Below are positions 10,009-19,075 of a DNA stretch of 64,000 nucleotides, piece after piece (the stretch's first letter is position 1; each line of letters starts with the position of its first letter). This DNA comes from Paramoeba atlantica. Taxonomy: Eukaryota > Protista > Discosea. Both the position numbers and the translations under genes were made by a program. Location: the NCBI GenBank assembly GCA_977017575.1, contig CDRNVI010000024.1, forward strand, positions 124,001 to 188,000, given 5' to 3'. Under the pieces are notes generated by a model, which was given only the letters and a program-made list of their open reading frames with translations, was not told the DNA's origin and ran no database searches.

Positions 10009-11565
10009 TCACAACTCTACATCTCGTTGAATGCCTTGTCGGAGAAGATTACATAGTCTTTTCATGCGCAAGTCGTAGTTTCTGCATGGATCAGCAGGAC
10101 TTCGGTCTTCATTCACTCTTTCGGTGAAATGTGAGGGTTCTCCTGAATTTAGAAATACCGGTGAGATCTGAATCGCATTTTGGACAGATTGCACTCTAAA
10201 GGGAAAAGCAAGCGCATGAATACTATCTAAAAATTTCTTCCTAGGAGAAGCGCAGGAGAGGTCAACAGCGTCTGTGTAAGCTCTGCGAATCACTTTTTGT
10301 ACCCGCTCATCCCACACTATAACATGTCTTATAAAGTGCAGATTCTCAATTTTTGATATAATTTCTTCAAATGATTCAGGTTCCACGGACAATGATGTAA
10401 GCGAACTGTCTTCTGCTAACGCATTTTGCCGTACTCCTGCTTCCGTTCCTTGTTGAATTTCCAAACTTTTTTCAGCTTCACCGGTCCACCCCCCATTCTC
10501 CGACCTTTGCAAAGTCAAAAGTAACTCGTCGGACATCGAATCACAAAAATGAATTATTTCAGAGCACCAATCCTCGTTTTGGTCGCAGAGAGTGCTTTTT
10601 TCTTTTGCCGTATCGTGCGACAATCTTACACTTTCAATAAAAGATTTTCCGATCATGGCAGAACCAACTGCGATGCACAGTATCCCGCACAACACACAGA
10701 AAATAGCGAAGCCACGCCCCAGCGGGCTAAACGGAACCAAATCGCCATATCCTACAACCGTCAGGGAAGAGATGCAGAACCATAAAGCATCAAGAGCACT
10801 TTGAAAAGGACTTTTATGAACGCGCTCGTGATCAAGCAATGAAGGAGAGAACGCTTCAGGGGGATACACCATAGATGAGGTCAAAGGTATCGAAATCATT
10901 CGTTCCGATATCAAACCACGTACCCACTGAGAGTGAAAACGATCCCAAAAAGAGATGGAAGCTTCACCATAAAAGATCGCAATGGCTGTCGTCAGACCGA
11001 TAAGTAATTGCGTCATGCAAAGAAACCATATGACTGAAGCGCAAATCGAGATGCTTTTAATAATCTCCGGACAATGAGGTATGCGCAAAAAAATGAGTAC
11101 CAAACACGATAAATCAGTGACCATGCGGGCGTATATAATCTTTTGATAGGAACAAAATGATTTAACGAGAACGCAGGAGAAGAAGCATGTCAATAGCAGA
11201 GCATTTAAAAGCGGAACAATGCGCGGAACACTGCGACGCATAGTTCGCAAATTCCAGGAAAAAAGTGAGTGCAGCTTCCAAGAAAAAGAGTTGAACATGA
11301 GATACAATGTACTATACAGTGCCATACATAAATACTCCAGGTAATTTATCAACGCGTGCTCATCGTCAAAAAAACTTGGAAGACTAATAGTAAAATGCAG
11401 TCCCAAGAGTATGACCAGGGTGCTGAGTGAAAGAATGTTGAAATCCAGTTTTTGGCACATTTGCCCATTCATTTTTCTCATGCAGCCTACCAGAGAAACG
11501 TCGGCAATTCTTTTGCTTTTCCTCGTGCGTTTTGTTTCACATACTTCACGCTTTTCAGTATACAT
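10009..11565 (-). CDS. Multi-TM potassium-channel-family protein (voltage-gated/ion_trans_2 pore)
   Basis: Several hydrophobic helices, then ALWFCISSLTVVGYGDLVPFSPLGR pore loop and inner helix. Confidence 0.85.
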   Translation of the reverse strand: MYTEKREVCETKRTRKSKRIADVSLVGCMRKMNGQMCQKLDFNILSLSTLVILLGLHFTISLPSFFDDEHALINYLEYLCMALYSTLYLMFNSFSWKLHSLFSWNLRTMRRSVPRIVPLLNALLLTCFFSCVLVKSFCSYQKIIYARMVTDLSCLVLIFLRIPHCPEIIKSISICASVIWFLCMTQLLIGLTTAIAIFYGEASISFWDRFHSQWVRGLISERMISIPLTSSMVYPPEAFSPSLLDHERVHKSPFQSALDALWFCISSLTVVGYGDLVPFSPLGRGFAIFCVLCGILCIAVGSAMIGKSFIESVRLSHDTAKEKSTLCDQNEDWCSEIIHFCDSMSDELLLTLQRSENGGWTGEAEKSLEIQQGTEAGVRQNALAEDSSLTSLSVEPESFEEIISKIENLHFIRHVIVWDERVQKVIRRAYTDAVDLSCASPRKKFLDSIHALAFPFRVQSVQNAIQISPVFLNSGEPSHFTERVNEDRSPADPCRNYDLRMKRLCNLLRQGIQRDVEL

Positions 11566-11956
11566 GAAGGAGTCACATTTCTATAGCCCATAGAGGGCTG
11601 TGGTGCTCTTCAGTGGATACAACTCCTGCAATAATGCTATCTCGGATACGAAATCGGCAACCCATAGGTGTATCACCTATGTTATTAAATAATGTGATTC
11701 TGCGGTTCTGATGACATTGATGTAGGTGGGAGTTGAAATCCTAGTATATTGATCAAAAATTTAAAGTATACCTCCGTAATCGTGCAATCATTTTTGATAA
11801 AAAAAAATTGTTTTACATTTTTTGTTTCACATTCAAGAATTTTTTATATTACTCAGACAGCGCGGAACAACCATCACACGCATCATACACGCATAGTAAG
11901 ATTACTTAAAGCGTTCTCTAGTTTCAAAACAAATTTAGGTAAAAGTAAAGAAATCT

Positions 11957-12490
11957 TTATTGCAGTCGCTTGAGCATCTTCACTACGCGATTGTGCTTCA
12001 TCATTCCCATTTGTTCACGAACATCAAGAGGGAGTGCTCGCCAATGAGCAGCAAGAACCCCTAATATACGATGAGGTTGTCGCATATCCATACGCAGATG
12101 CGTGGCAGTACGCTCAAAGCGACCAAGAACAAAGGAGGGAAACCCTCTGGCATCGAGAGGAACTCCGTGCTCATAATGTAAATCGGTATCCCGCTCTGTC
12201 GCCTTGGGGGACAACTTCGACTTCTTAGATACCCGTTTCTTTATCTTCATTTCCTCACCCCATCGACACATAGATTCTAAATAGGGGCGAACTATTGTGC
12301 TCAAAAACTTCTCTTCATCAAAGCGTGAAGGAGAGCTCAAACCTGATGCAACTTTCATCACAGAATCTGCTTTTACTTTACTGGTGCTAGATTTACCACG
12401 ACTTGAAAAAGTGTACATCTGAGAAATAAGGTGGGAGTGAACTCGTAAGCGGTTGGTGGCAAAGCTTCGCCGAAAAATCTCCGACTGCAT
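11957..12490 (-). CDS. Basic mitochondrial protein with C-terminal HMG-box-like domain (kinetoplast-associated protein-like)
   Basis: Arg/Ser-rich N-terminus, Lys-rich linker, GFPSFV...LGVLAAHWRALPLDVREQM resembling an HMG box. Confidence 0.5.
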   Translation of the reverse strand: MQSEIFRRSFATNRLRVHSHLISQMYTFSSRGKSSTSKVKADSVMKVASGLSSPSRFDEEKFLSTIVRPYLESMCRWGEEMKIKKRVSKKSKLSPKATERDTDLHYEHGVPLDARGFPSFVLGRFERTATHLRMDMRQPHRILGVLAAHWRALPLDVREQMGMMKHNRVVKMLKRLQ

Positions 12491-12958
12491 GACTGAATCG
12501 TAGTAGTGTAGAAGTAATGTAAGCGAATAAAACTAAAACTTACCCGTGCGATGGTGTAGTTCATCAGGTATTAACAATTTATGCTAGCAAATGCTTAGCA
12601 AGCACAATCATGAACATGCCAAGTCAGCATTTATCAAACAAGCTAAAACCACATGTTCTAGTGCTCCCAAAAATATAACAAAACCATGAAACATAGCTTA
12701 GCGTCAAAGATAACAAATTTATTATCATTCCGGTTTGTAAAATTCGTTTTAGTGACCACAATGTGCATTCTTCATCTTACTAAAGCCTTTCAAACATTCG
12801 ATCTCTTTTTCTACGACAAGTAAAAACAAATAGCAAATCAAGTTCATACTATTTTCCTTAGTCCTGTTTGGCGCTTCTTACATTTCATGACCCTACTGCG
12901 TACTACAAACATAAGTGTCCTTATTGCCCCACAACCCCAGGTTATCCTCGCGTTGTTC

Positions 12959-13555
12959 CTACGCTGTCTTCTCCTCCACCTCCTCCTTGACTTCTCCGCA
13001 ATCGCGAATGACCACACTCCCCTTGGTCGCCCCAGACTGCGTACCCATCGACTCCATCTTTTTCAGCACCTCATCCCCTTTCAGGAGCTGGCCAAACACA
13101 ACATGTTTGCGGTCCAGCCAGCTCGTCGGGGCGGTGCAGATAAAAAACTGCGACCCGTTGGTGTTGGGCCCGGCATTCGCCATCGAGAGCGTGCCGGAGC
13201 CAAAGTGTCTCCCGGCCTTCCCGCTGAACGACTCATCTTCGAACTTTTGCCCATAAATGGACTCACCCCCGGTGCCGTTCCCTGCGGTGAAGTCCCCGCC
13301 TTGGCACATAAACTGGGGAATCACACGGTGAAAGCTCGAGCCCTTGTAGTGCAGCATCTTCCCCGTCTTCCCCATGCCTTTCTCCCCGGTGCACAGTGAG
13401 CGGAAATTCTCAGCGGTCTTAGGGACGACATCCGCAAACAGCTCAAAGGTAAGTCGACCGCAGTGAGTGTTGTTGATTGCAATGTCCATAAACACTTTCG
13501 GGTTGCTTGGGGACACCGGGTGAAACGCGGCACGGCGTAGGAGGGAGGGAAACAT
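12959..13555 (-). CDS. Cyclophilin-type peptidyl-prolyl isomerase, probably mitochondrial
   Basis: [64 protein letters not shown]. Likely start MFPSLLRR at 13555 (transit-peptide-like). Confidence 0.95.
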   Translation of the reverse strand: MFPSLLRRAAFHPVSPSNPKVFMDIAINNTHCGRLTFELFADVVPKTAENFRSLCTGEKGMGKTGKMLHYKGSSFHRVIPQFMCQGGDFTAGNGTGGESIYGQKFEDESFSGKAGRHFGSGTLSMANAGPNTNGSQFFICTAPTSWLDRKHVVFGQLLKGDEVLKKMESMGTQSGATKGSVVIRDCGEVKEEVEEKTA

Positions 13556-14152
13556 TGTGGGCGAAGAGAGTAGGTGAGTAAAATGGAACACGAGAAATGG
13601 AGTTAAGTTAGTTTGCGGGAAAGAAAAAGTGCTAACGAAAACACGTAAAACGTGTTGCTGTAGAACGTGATATATTATTTTAGTTGATTGCGCCATATTT
13701 AGGATTAGCTGTTCTTTATCAGTTGAAACTTCTTCTATGAGATGATGATAAGTACAACCTCATGATAAATTTATCGAGTTCCTCCGGCATCGAAAACTGA
13801 AAGATTACCAGAGTCTTACCGGGACCAGAGACAAAGTCCTATGGCATACAATGATTCACATATTTAATGAGCAGCACTTTTGAATGGAACAACCGCAACT
13901 AGCGAACGGAATAACCGCAACTCGCATCGAGACAGTTATAAAACTGGCACTTGAAGAAATGAAATTGTATTTGCATCAAATTCACGAATTCGATGACGCG
14001 AAAGTACAGTACACACACACACATGCCGTATATCCGGTGTACCAGAGATTCGGCCCCAAGTAACAGAGATTTGGCTCGGAAGGTTGGCTCGCCCGTAAAA
14101 ACTATATCCAAGAAGTTGAACAATGTGAATTTGCAGAAAAATCTATTGATCA

Positions 14153-16087
14153 TTAACTAGGGCAAGGTACACACTCCAGCCACCCGGTATGCATATCGGA
14201 ATCAGCAATGCAAACAGGGTAGGGAAGCCTCTCCCCGACATCATCAAGAGTGCGACACTCTCGGTTGTAGGGTGGTTTGCACTGAACAAACATTATGTCT
14301 TCCTCCACAACCAATAGAGGCATGTGATCCGCATGTAGTGGCTTGTTAAATGGAAGTTCAGACCTTTGATCCGACATTGGGTGCTTAGCGCACATGCGGG
14401 GTACCTGAGGTGGGGATGGCCTTCGTGCAGGTGACATGTAGGTTTTAAAATTCGAGACATATCCTCTGGCGGAACTCAGTAGGCGACGTGTTACAGAAGA
14501 ACGATGCTCCGACATGTTAGCAGAATACGGTATAGCGATGCCGGCTCGAGAGGGTGCGACATCATGAGTTTCTTCTTCAACATCGAACTGCTCATTATAC
14601 GTAATCGGCGAACTTCTAGAAAGACGCGGTTCTGGAGACAATAGCCGTCTAGATGAGGAATGGGCCCCGGAGCTTCGACTTAAAACGTCAGAAACCGTGT
14701 GTCGTTCCAAACTCTCAAAAGAAGAATTCGGTGTTCTACGTTCATGTTGAGGATCAAAGGTTTCGTTTCTGCGTAGATCTAGTCTGGAGGAGGAATGGAA
14801 GTCTCCGAGACCTTCAATTATAGTATCTCCTATAGTATACCAAATAGACTCATCGTCACTTTCGCTAATCGGGGGAGTGATTACTGGACGATTCCGCGAG
14901 TCTACTCCATCTTCAACCTTTTGCTGAAGTTCTTCCGACGCAAGCTCAGCGCCGACTTTGAAAAGCTCGGAAAGTAAGGATTTCGAATGCGGTTGTGTGT
15001 CTGCCTTGGGCAGCTCTTCGTAAAGGAGAGATCCGGGTTTATGTGCTATTTTGTGATTAGCAAGACTTTCCTTTCCGTCACAGCTGGCTGATTGATGACA
15101 TTTCTTCTCAGATTTCGTTAAGAATTTATCAGGACGATTTTTCGTGTTGTAGATGTCAGATCCTCTTTTTGGATTTACAGGTGGAGCGGCTATTTCTCTA
15201 TCAGGATTCAGTTCTCTCAACGGGGATGGCAAAGCGGGTGCTGCAAAGACATTCGATGATTCCCAGCAACCAAAAAAATGTAGTAGACACTGTGCCAAGT
15301 ATGTGATGCGTCGCCAGATTCGCGAGAGCAATGTGGGCTTTTCGAGGGCTACCTCCTCAATTTCTTCCTCGCTTTCTAATAGTTCCCGACTTCGTAAAAG
15401 TTGCACATTCTTATTTTCGGAGTTGCTTGAAACGTTCTCAACATTAACGGTATGTACGTGTTCATATACGGCTGAGATCATAGTCCTCCATAACTCAGCG
15501 TCCTCCCCGTCCATTCCACACAGTGCATCAAGCTGAGCATCTGAAAGCTCCGGATGGGGTGAACACTGAATCTTTGGTGAATCCATATCCATATTCTTTT
15601 TGCTGTGCAAATGAGCGCGTTTATTTCGAATCTTGTTATCATTCAACTCGTCGTCCAAGCGTTCCATTTGAAAATGCTTCAAATTTTGTGACGAAGGACG
15701 CGTTTGAGGTCTCTCCGGGGAATGTTCAGAGTAGGGAAATAACATTCTAACACTGTATTCCAAACAACTCCACAAGAATCTGACAAACTGCCTCATAAAA
15801 TAAAGAATACGGTAAAAAAATGTATCTTCGATGCTAGATACGTCAGCCTCCATCTTTGAATTGAAATTACTTGAACGATCGCGATCAGTTTTAGCATGAA
15901 CGACAGGAATACTTGTATAATGAAGCAATGACGGCAAAGTTCTTATGCTCTTCGAGTGAAAGTGACATTGCATCATACGGTTCTGAATCACCATACCAGA
16001 CTTGATATACAAAGGGAGATTAGAACCCGAGGAGGGGAGCGATGCTACGCAAACGATTCCATAGAGCACCGGAAAAAGGAAACGCAT
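14153..16087 (-). CDS. Hypothetical protein (hydrophobic N-terminus, disordered body, small Cys-rich C-terminal domain)
   Basis: 644-aa ORF on the cluster strand; no recognisable family. Confidence 0.7.
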   Translation of the reverse strand: MRFLFPVLYGIVCVASLPSSGSNLPLYIKSGMVIQNRMMQCHFHSKSIRTLPSLLHYTSIPVVHAKTDRDRSSNFNSKMEADVSSIEDTFFYRILYFMRQFVRFLWSCLEYSVRMLFPYSEHSPERPQTRPSSQNLKHFQMERLDDELNDNKIRNKRAHLHSKKNMDMDSPKIQCSPHPELSDAQLDALCGMDGEDAELWRTMISAVYEHVHTVNVENVSSNSENKNVQLLRSRELLESEEEIEEVALEKPTLLSRIWRRITYLAQCLLHFFGCWESSNVFAAPALPSPLRELNPDREIAAPPVNPKRGSDIYNTKNRPDKFLTKSEKKCHQSASCDGKESLANHKIAHKPGSLLYEELPKADTQPHSKSLLSELFKVGAELASEELQQKVEDGVDSRNRPVITPPISESDDESIWYTIGDTIIEGLGDFHSSSRLDLRRNETFDPQHERRTPNSSFESLERHTVSDVLSRSSGAHSSSRRLLSPEPRLSRSSPITYNEQFDVEEETHDVAPSRAGIAIPYSANMSEHRSSVTRRLLSSARGYVSNFKTYMSPARRPSPPQVPRMCAKHPMSDQRSELPFNKPLHADHMPLLVVEEDIMFVQCKPPYNRECRTLDDVGERLPYPVCIADSDMHTGWLECVPCPS

Positions 16088-16376
16088 TCTTATTTGAAAC
16101 CCATTACATTAGAAAAGAAGAAGTACTTGAATGAAGTGAAGTAAAGAGATAATCTTATAGAATAATTTTATAGAGGTTAATAATTTAGAGTGAAATGTTT
16201 TGAGAAATATTGAATTACAAAAAAAGTGGAAAAACGCGCGCTTCTGGGGCCCTCTATTAAAATTTAACCCATTAAAGATATCATAATATCCATATTTTGA
16301 TGCCTTCGAGTACCCGGTAAACAAAAATAAGCTTTCTAAGAACATTTCGGAAGAACGTATAGCGTTCATAGAAGAC

Positions 16377-16478
16377 TTACATACGTAGATGTATATACAC
16401 GTGTACATATGTACACGTACATACACGTACGTGTATACATACATGTACATGGATAAATCATACATACAGATGTATGCA
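16377..16478. repeat. Alternating purine-pyrimidine (TACA/TACG/TATG) simple repeat
   Basis: tacatacgtagatgtatatacacgtgtacatatgtacacgtacatacacgtacgtgtatacatacatgtacat. Confidence 0.7.
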
Positions 16479-16594
16479 TCTTCCGATGGTGAAAATCCAA
16501 ACAGTCATCAAAGGTTAAATGCTGTGGTTAGACGCACCGGTTAAATACTAGATAAAAAAATAAGTTTTTTTTGCTGTGCCCCCCAACCTAAACT

Positions 16595-16621
16595 AAAAAG
16601 GCAGAAGGATCAGCCTTCTGC
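16595..16621 (-). terminator. Hairpin followed by T5 (Pol III-type 3' end)
   Basis: Minus strand GCAGAAGG-CTGAT-CCTTCTGC-C-TTTTT; perfect 8-bp stem. Confidence 0.5.
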
Positions 16622-16878
16622 TTTGTGCCTTGCGCCGACGACTTCCTCTACGGTCTCGCAGATCACAAATATCGCAGATCCCAGGTTCTCCATCGAGCCC
16701 TTTTCCTTTCCTCCTCCCTAGCTATTAAAATACTATTAAACCGCTGTCCAGGGTAATATTCCTGGTAGAAATATTAAGCGGGTACAGGAATTTTTTCTTC
16801 GCAAATTGTTTCCCACTAATGGCGCCGCGTATGGCTCAGGCCCGCTCACGCGGGCCCTCGCCATACCCCCCCTTCGGC
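16595..16878 (-). ncRNA. Candidate structured small RNA(s), identity unresolved
   Basis: Minus-strand hairpin GUAUGGC-GA-GGGCCCGC-GUGA-GCGGGCCU-GA-GCCAUAC (16866-16829), CCAGG/CCUGG and CCGCU/AGCGG stems, terminal hairpin + U5. No ORF. Adjacent to A/B boxes. Confidence 0.45.
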
Positions 16879-16915
16879 TTCGCAAAGACTAACGACGCCG
16901 CGTACTGCTGAAAAT

Positions 16916-16987
16916 ATCACCGCCGGGAATCGAACCTGCGACCACCAGATTATGAAAGGCAGGTCTTACCAACTGGGCTACCTGGGT
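16916..16987 (-). pseudogene. tRNA-Met(CAT)-derived element retaining A and B boxes but not a cloverleaf
   Basis: TAGCCCAGTTGGTAA (A box), TTCATAATCTGG (Met anticodon loop + 3' stem side), GGTTCGATTCC (B box). D, anticodon and acceptor stems do not pair. Confidence 0.65.
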
Positions 16988-17011
16988 TCGATTCCCGGGA
17001 CCTACGTTTTT
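16959..17011 (+). promoter_or_regulatory. Second, opposite-strand B box within a T-arm/acceptor-like minihelix ending in T5
   Basis: GCAGGTC...CTGGG-TTCGATT-CCCGG-GACCTAC-G-TTTTT. Acceptor-like stem 6/7, T-stem 5/5 with one U-G. Confidence 0.5.
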
Positions 17012-17527
17012 AAGCACCGTGATTTGTGCCCAAATCGAGGATACAAGGGGGGTTGGACCACCTTTTCTCACCCTGCTAGATCCACCCTACCCCGGACACC
17101 ATAAAGAAGGGAGAGGCAGAGGTTGTAAACAACCCGCGCAATTTTTATAAAAACTATAGCTAAATAGTAAAAAGCTGGGCTGTAAATATGAAAAGGTACT
17201 GTCACCACCTTTTGGGAAAAGTAGTTTTCTTTTTGGGAAACAACGTTTTTAGGCAGATTTTCATTCGCTTCCACCCAACTGTTTTTAAGCAAGTAAAAGG
17301 AGTGAGGTAAAAATAATTTCGGCAAGTACAAATAAGCGAAACCAGCTCATGCATCCCCGCAAAGTGTCCTCGTATCGTTCAACGTTCCAGGTCTAAAAAA
17401 TTAATATTGAAATCCTTTTTCTATGTAAAGAATATGGACATTGAATTATCGGTATCCGTAAGTTTTATCCGATATTTTCCGTACGAAGGAAACACACGTT
17501 TGGTTTCCAAGTCATATACTTAGTACA

Positions 17528-18157
17528 CTACATAGTATGTATGGCAGAGCTGTAACTAGTTTTTTGTAATAACTTTCTTTTTTCGTATAGCTTTTCGCTC
17601 AGTAGCTTTATTCGGATGCGGTAGGCCTCCCTTATTTTCTCAGTTTCTAGAACATATTGATCGATGACATTCCGAGTACGAATCCGAGCATTTTCTAGGG
17701 GTTGCAGTACAGTAAAAGAGTCAACGAAAGCATGTGAATTATCAAGATTTTCATGCCTAACAGAATAAACTGCCGACGAAAAGTAATGCATCAAATATTT
17801 CAGTTTTCCTCTCAGTACTAGAATCCTGTTTTTTTTGTCTTCCAATCTTCTGAGAACCTCAACAAAGCTTTGATAGCAACCAAATATTATTTCAGAGAGT
17901 AACTCAAGGAACTCGTTTTCTAGAGAGATGAATGAATTTGCATATTCTGTAATCATCACAAATTTTGAGCGCGTATGACATGCTCCGTCTTCATAACGTT
18001 TCGTAATAATGTTTAATTTCGATTGAAGAGTTTGAAGTTTCGTCGCCGTGAGTATCTCCTTTGTGCTATTTTCCGGCCAGGTTTCAATCTCTGCGTTCCT
18101 TTTAGCTTCATCCAAAAAATAAGAAGCATCCTGATTATTCTTCATTGAAGTAGGCAT
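17528..18157 (-). CDS. Hypothetical helical/coiled-coil protein
   Basis: 209-aa ATG ORF on the cluster strand. Confidence 0.65.
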   Translation of the reverse strand: MPTSMKNNQDASYFLDEAKRNAEIETWPENSTKEILTATKLQTLQSKLNIITKRYEDGACHTRSKFVMITEYANSFISLENEFLELLSEIIFGCYQSFVEVLRRLEDKKNRILVLRGKLKYLMHYFSSAVYSVRHENLDNSHAFVDSFTVLQPLENARIRTRNVIDQYVLETEKIREAYRIRIKLLSEKLYEKRKLLQKTSYSSAIHTM

Positions 18158-18297
18158 ACAGAAAGTAAAAACTATGACGAAAATAGAGCATTCTCAAGTA
18201 AATATTATGCAATGGAATTGCCCTCTTTTTGCAAAGCATTTCATTCATGATAAAAGATCTAGTACAAAGTGGTTTCGTTTAACGTTGGAGAGGCAAA

Positions 18298-18759
18298 CTA
18301 TTTTCTCAAATACGAGGACCAACGGGTGCGTGAAAATTCCTTCCAATTTTTATCCATCACCTCAAGAACATCAGCAGTAGCTTGCGGAGGCCAATTTAAC
18401 TCCTCTTCTGCCTTGGCGAAGTAGTCTAGTATAAACGTCTCTGTTTTGGATAAATTGTGATACGCCTCCGGGCTTCTGCATGTGTACGTGAAAATGTCAG
18501 CATGATCTTGAATCACTTTCTTAAGTTTCTTGTTGGCTTCTTCTCCTAAATCTATCTGCATAGTAATATACCTCGCATAGGTCTGTGGTTCGTTATTGGA
18601 GTCAATGAAAGGCTTAAGAGGCTGCATGATGCCTTCATTCGTCAAACTACGTATGCAACCCTCATTGTTATAGATAAAGGCGCCCAGAGACCTTAGGTAG
18701 TCGGATGTCATGGAATGATTCCGCAAACGCATCACTAGGGCATACGCATAGAATACCAT
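18298..18759 (-). CDS. Mitochondrial ribosomal protein bS6m-like
   Basis: MVFYAYALVMR...LGAFIYNNEGCIRSLTNEG...ARYITMQIDL matches the S6 fold pattern. Confidence 0.65.
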   Translation of the reverse strand: MVFYAYALVMRLRNHSMTSDYLRSLGAFIYNNEGCIRSLTNEGIMQPLKPFIDSNNEPQTYARYITMQIDLGEEANKKLKKVIQDHADIFTYTCRSPEAYHNLSKTETFILDYFAKAEEELNWPPQATADVLEVMDKNWKEFSRTRWSSYLRK

Positions 18760-19075
18760 TTCATATGTAAAAAATAGGGAAGACGAGATTTAGACTATAA
18801 GATCATGTTACGTGGGAATATAACTTTTGTGGGGTGACGTATCAGAGAAAAGGAAATCTCCCAAAGTAAAATCAAATGAGGCGGTTCTTCACTTAAAAGA
18901 TAAGACGCGTACAAGAGTCGGTAGAAAATGTTTCACGTGAAAAGCAAGCATCTTATTTTGCTTCGAAGCAGTTCTCCGTCTAAGGTATAATGCAATGCCT
19001 GATTTCGTTGAGCAATATCATGTTTTATTAATATATCACTCATGAAAATATAGGGTATCGAGTTCTTGTTATATT

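Noticed and set aside
13742-13800. ATGATGA...CTGA C/D-like pair
   Set aside because: On the non-transcribed (+) strand with no recognisable guide.
16595-16660. U6-like GCGCAAGGC (minus) or U4-like GCCTTGCGC (plus)
   Set aside because: No ACAGAGA box, AGC triad or K-turn in the right spacing; kept only as part of the unresolved ncRNA island.
16916-16987. Functional tRNA-Met
   Set aside because: Acceptor, D and anticodon stems do not pair.
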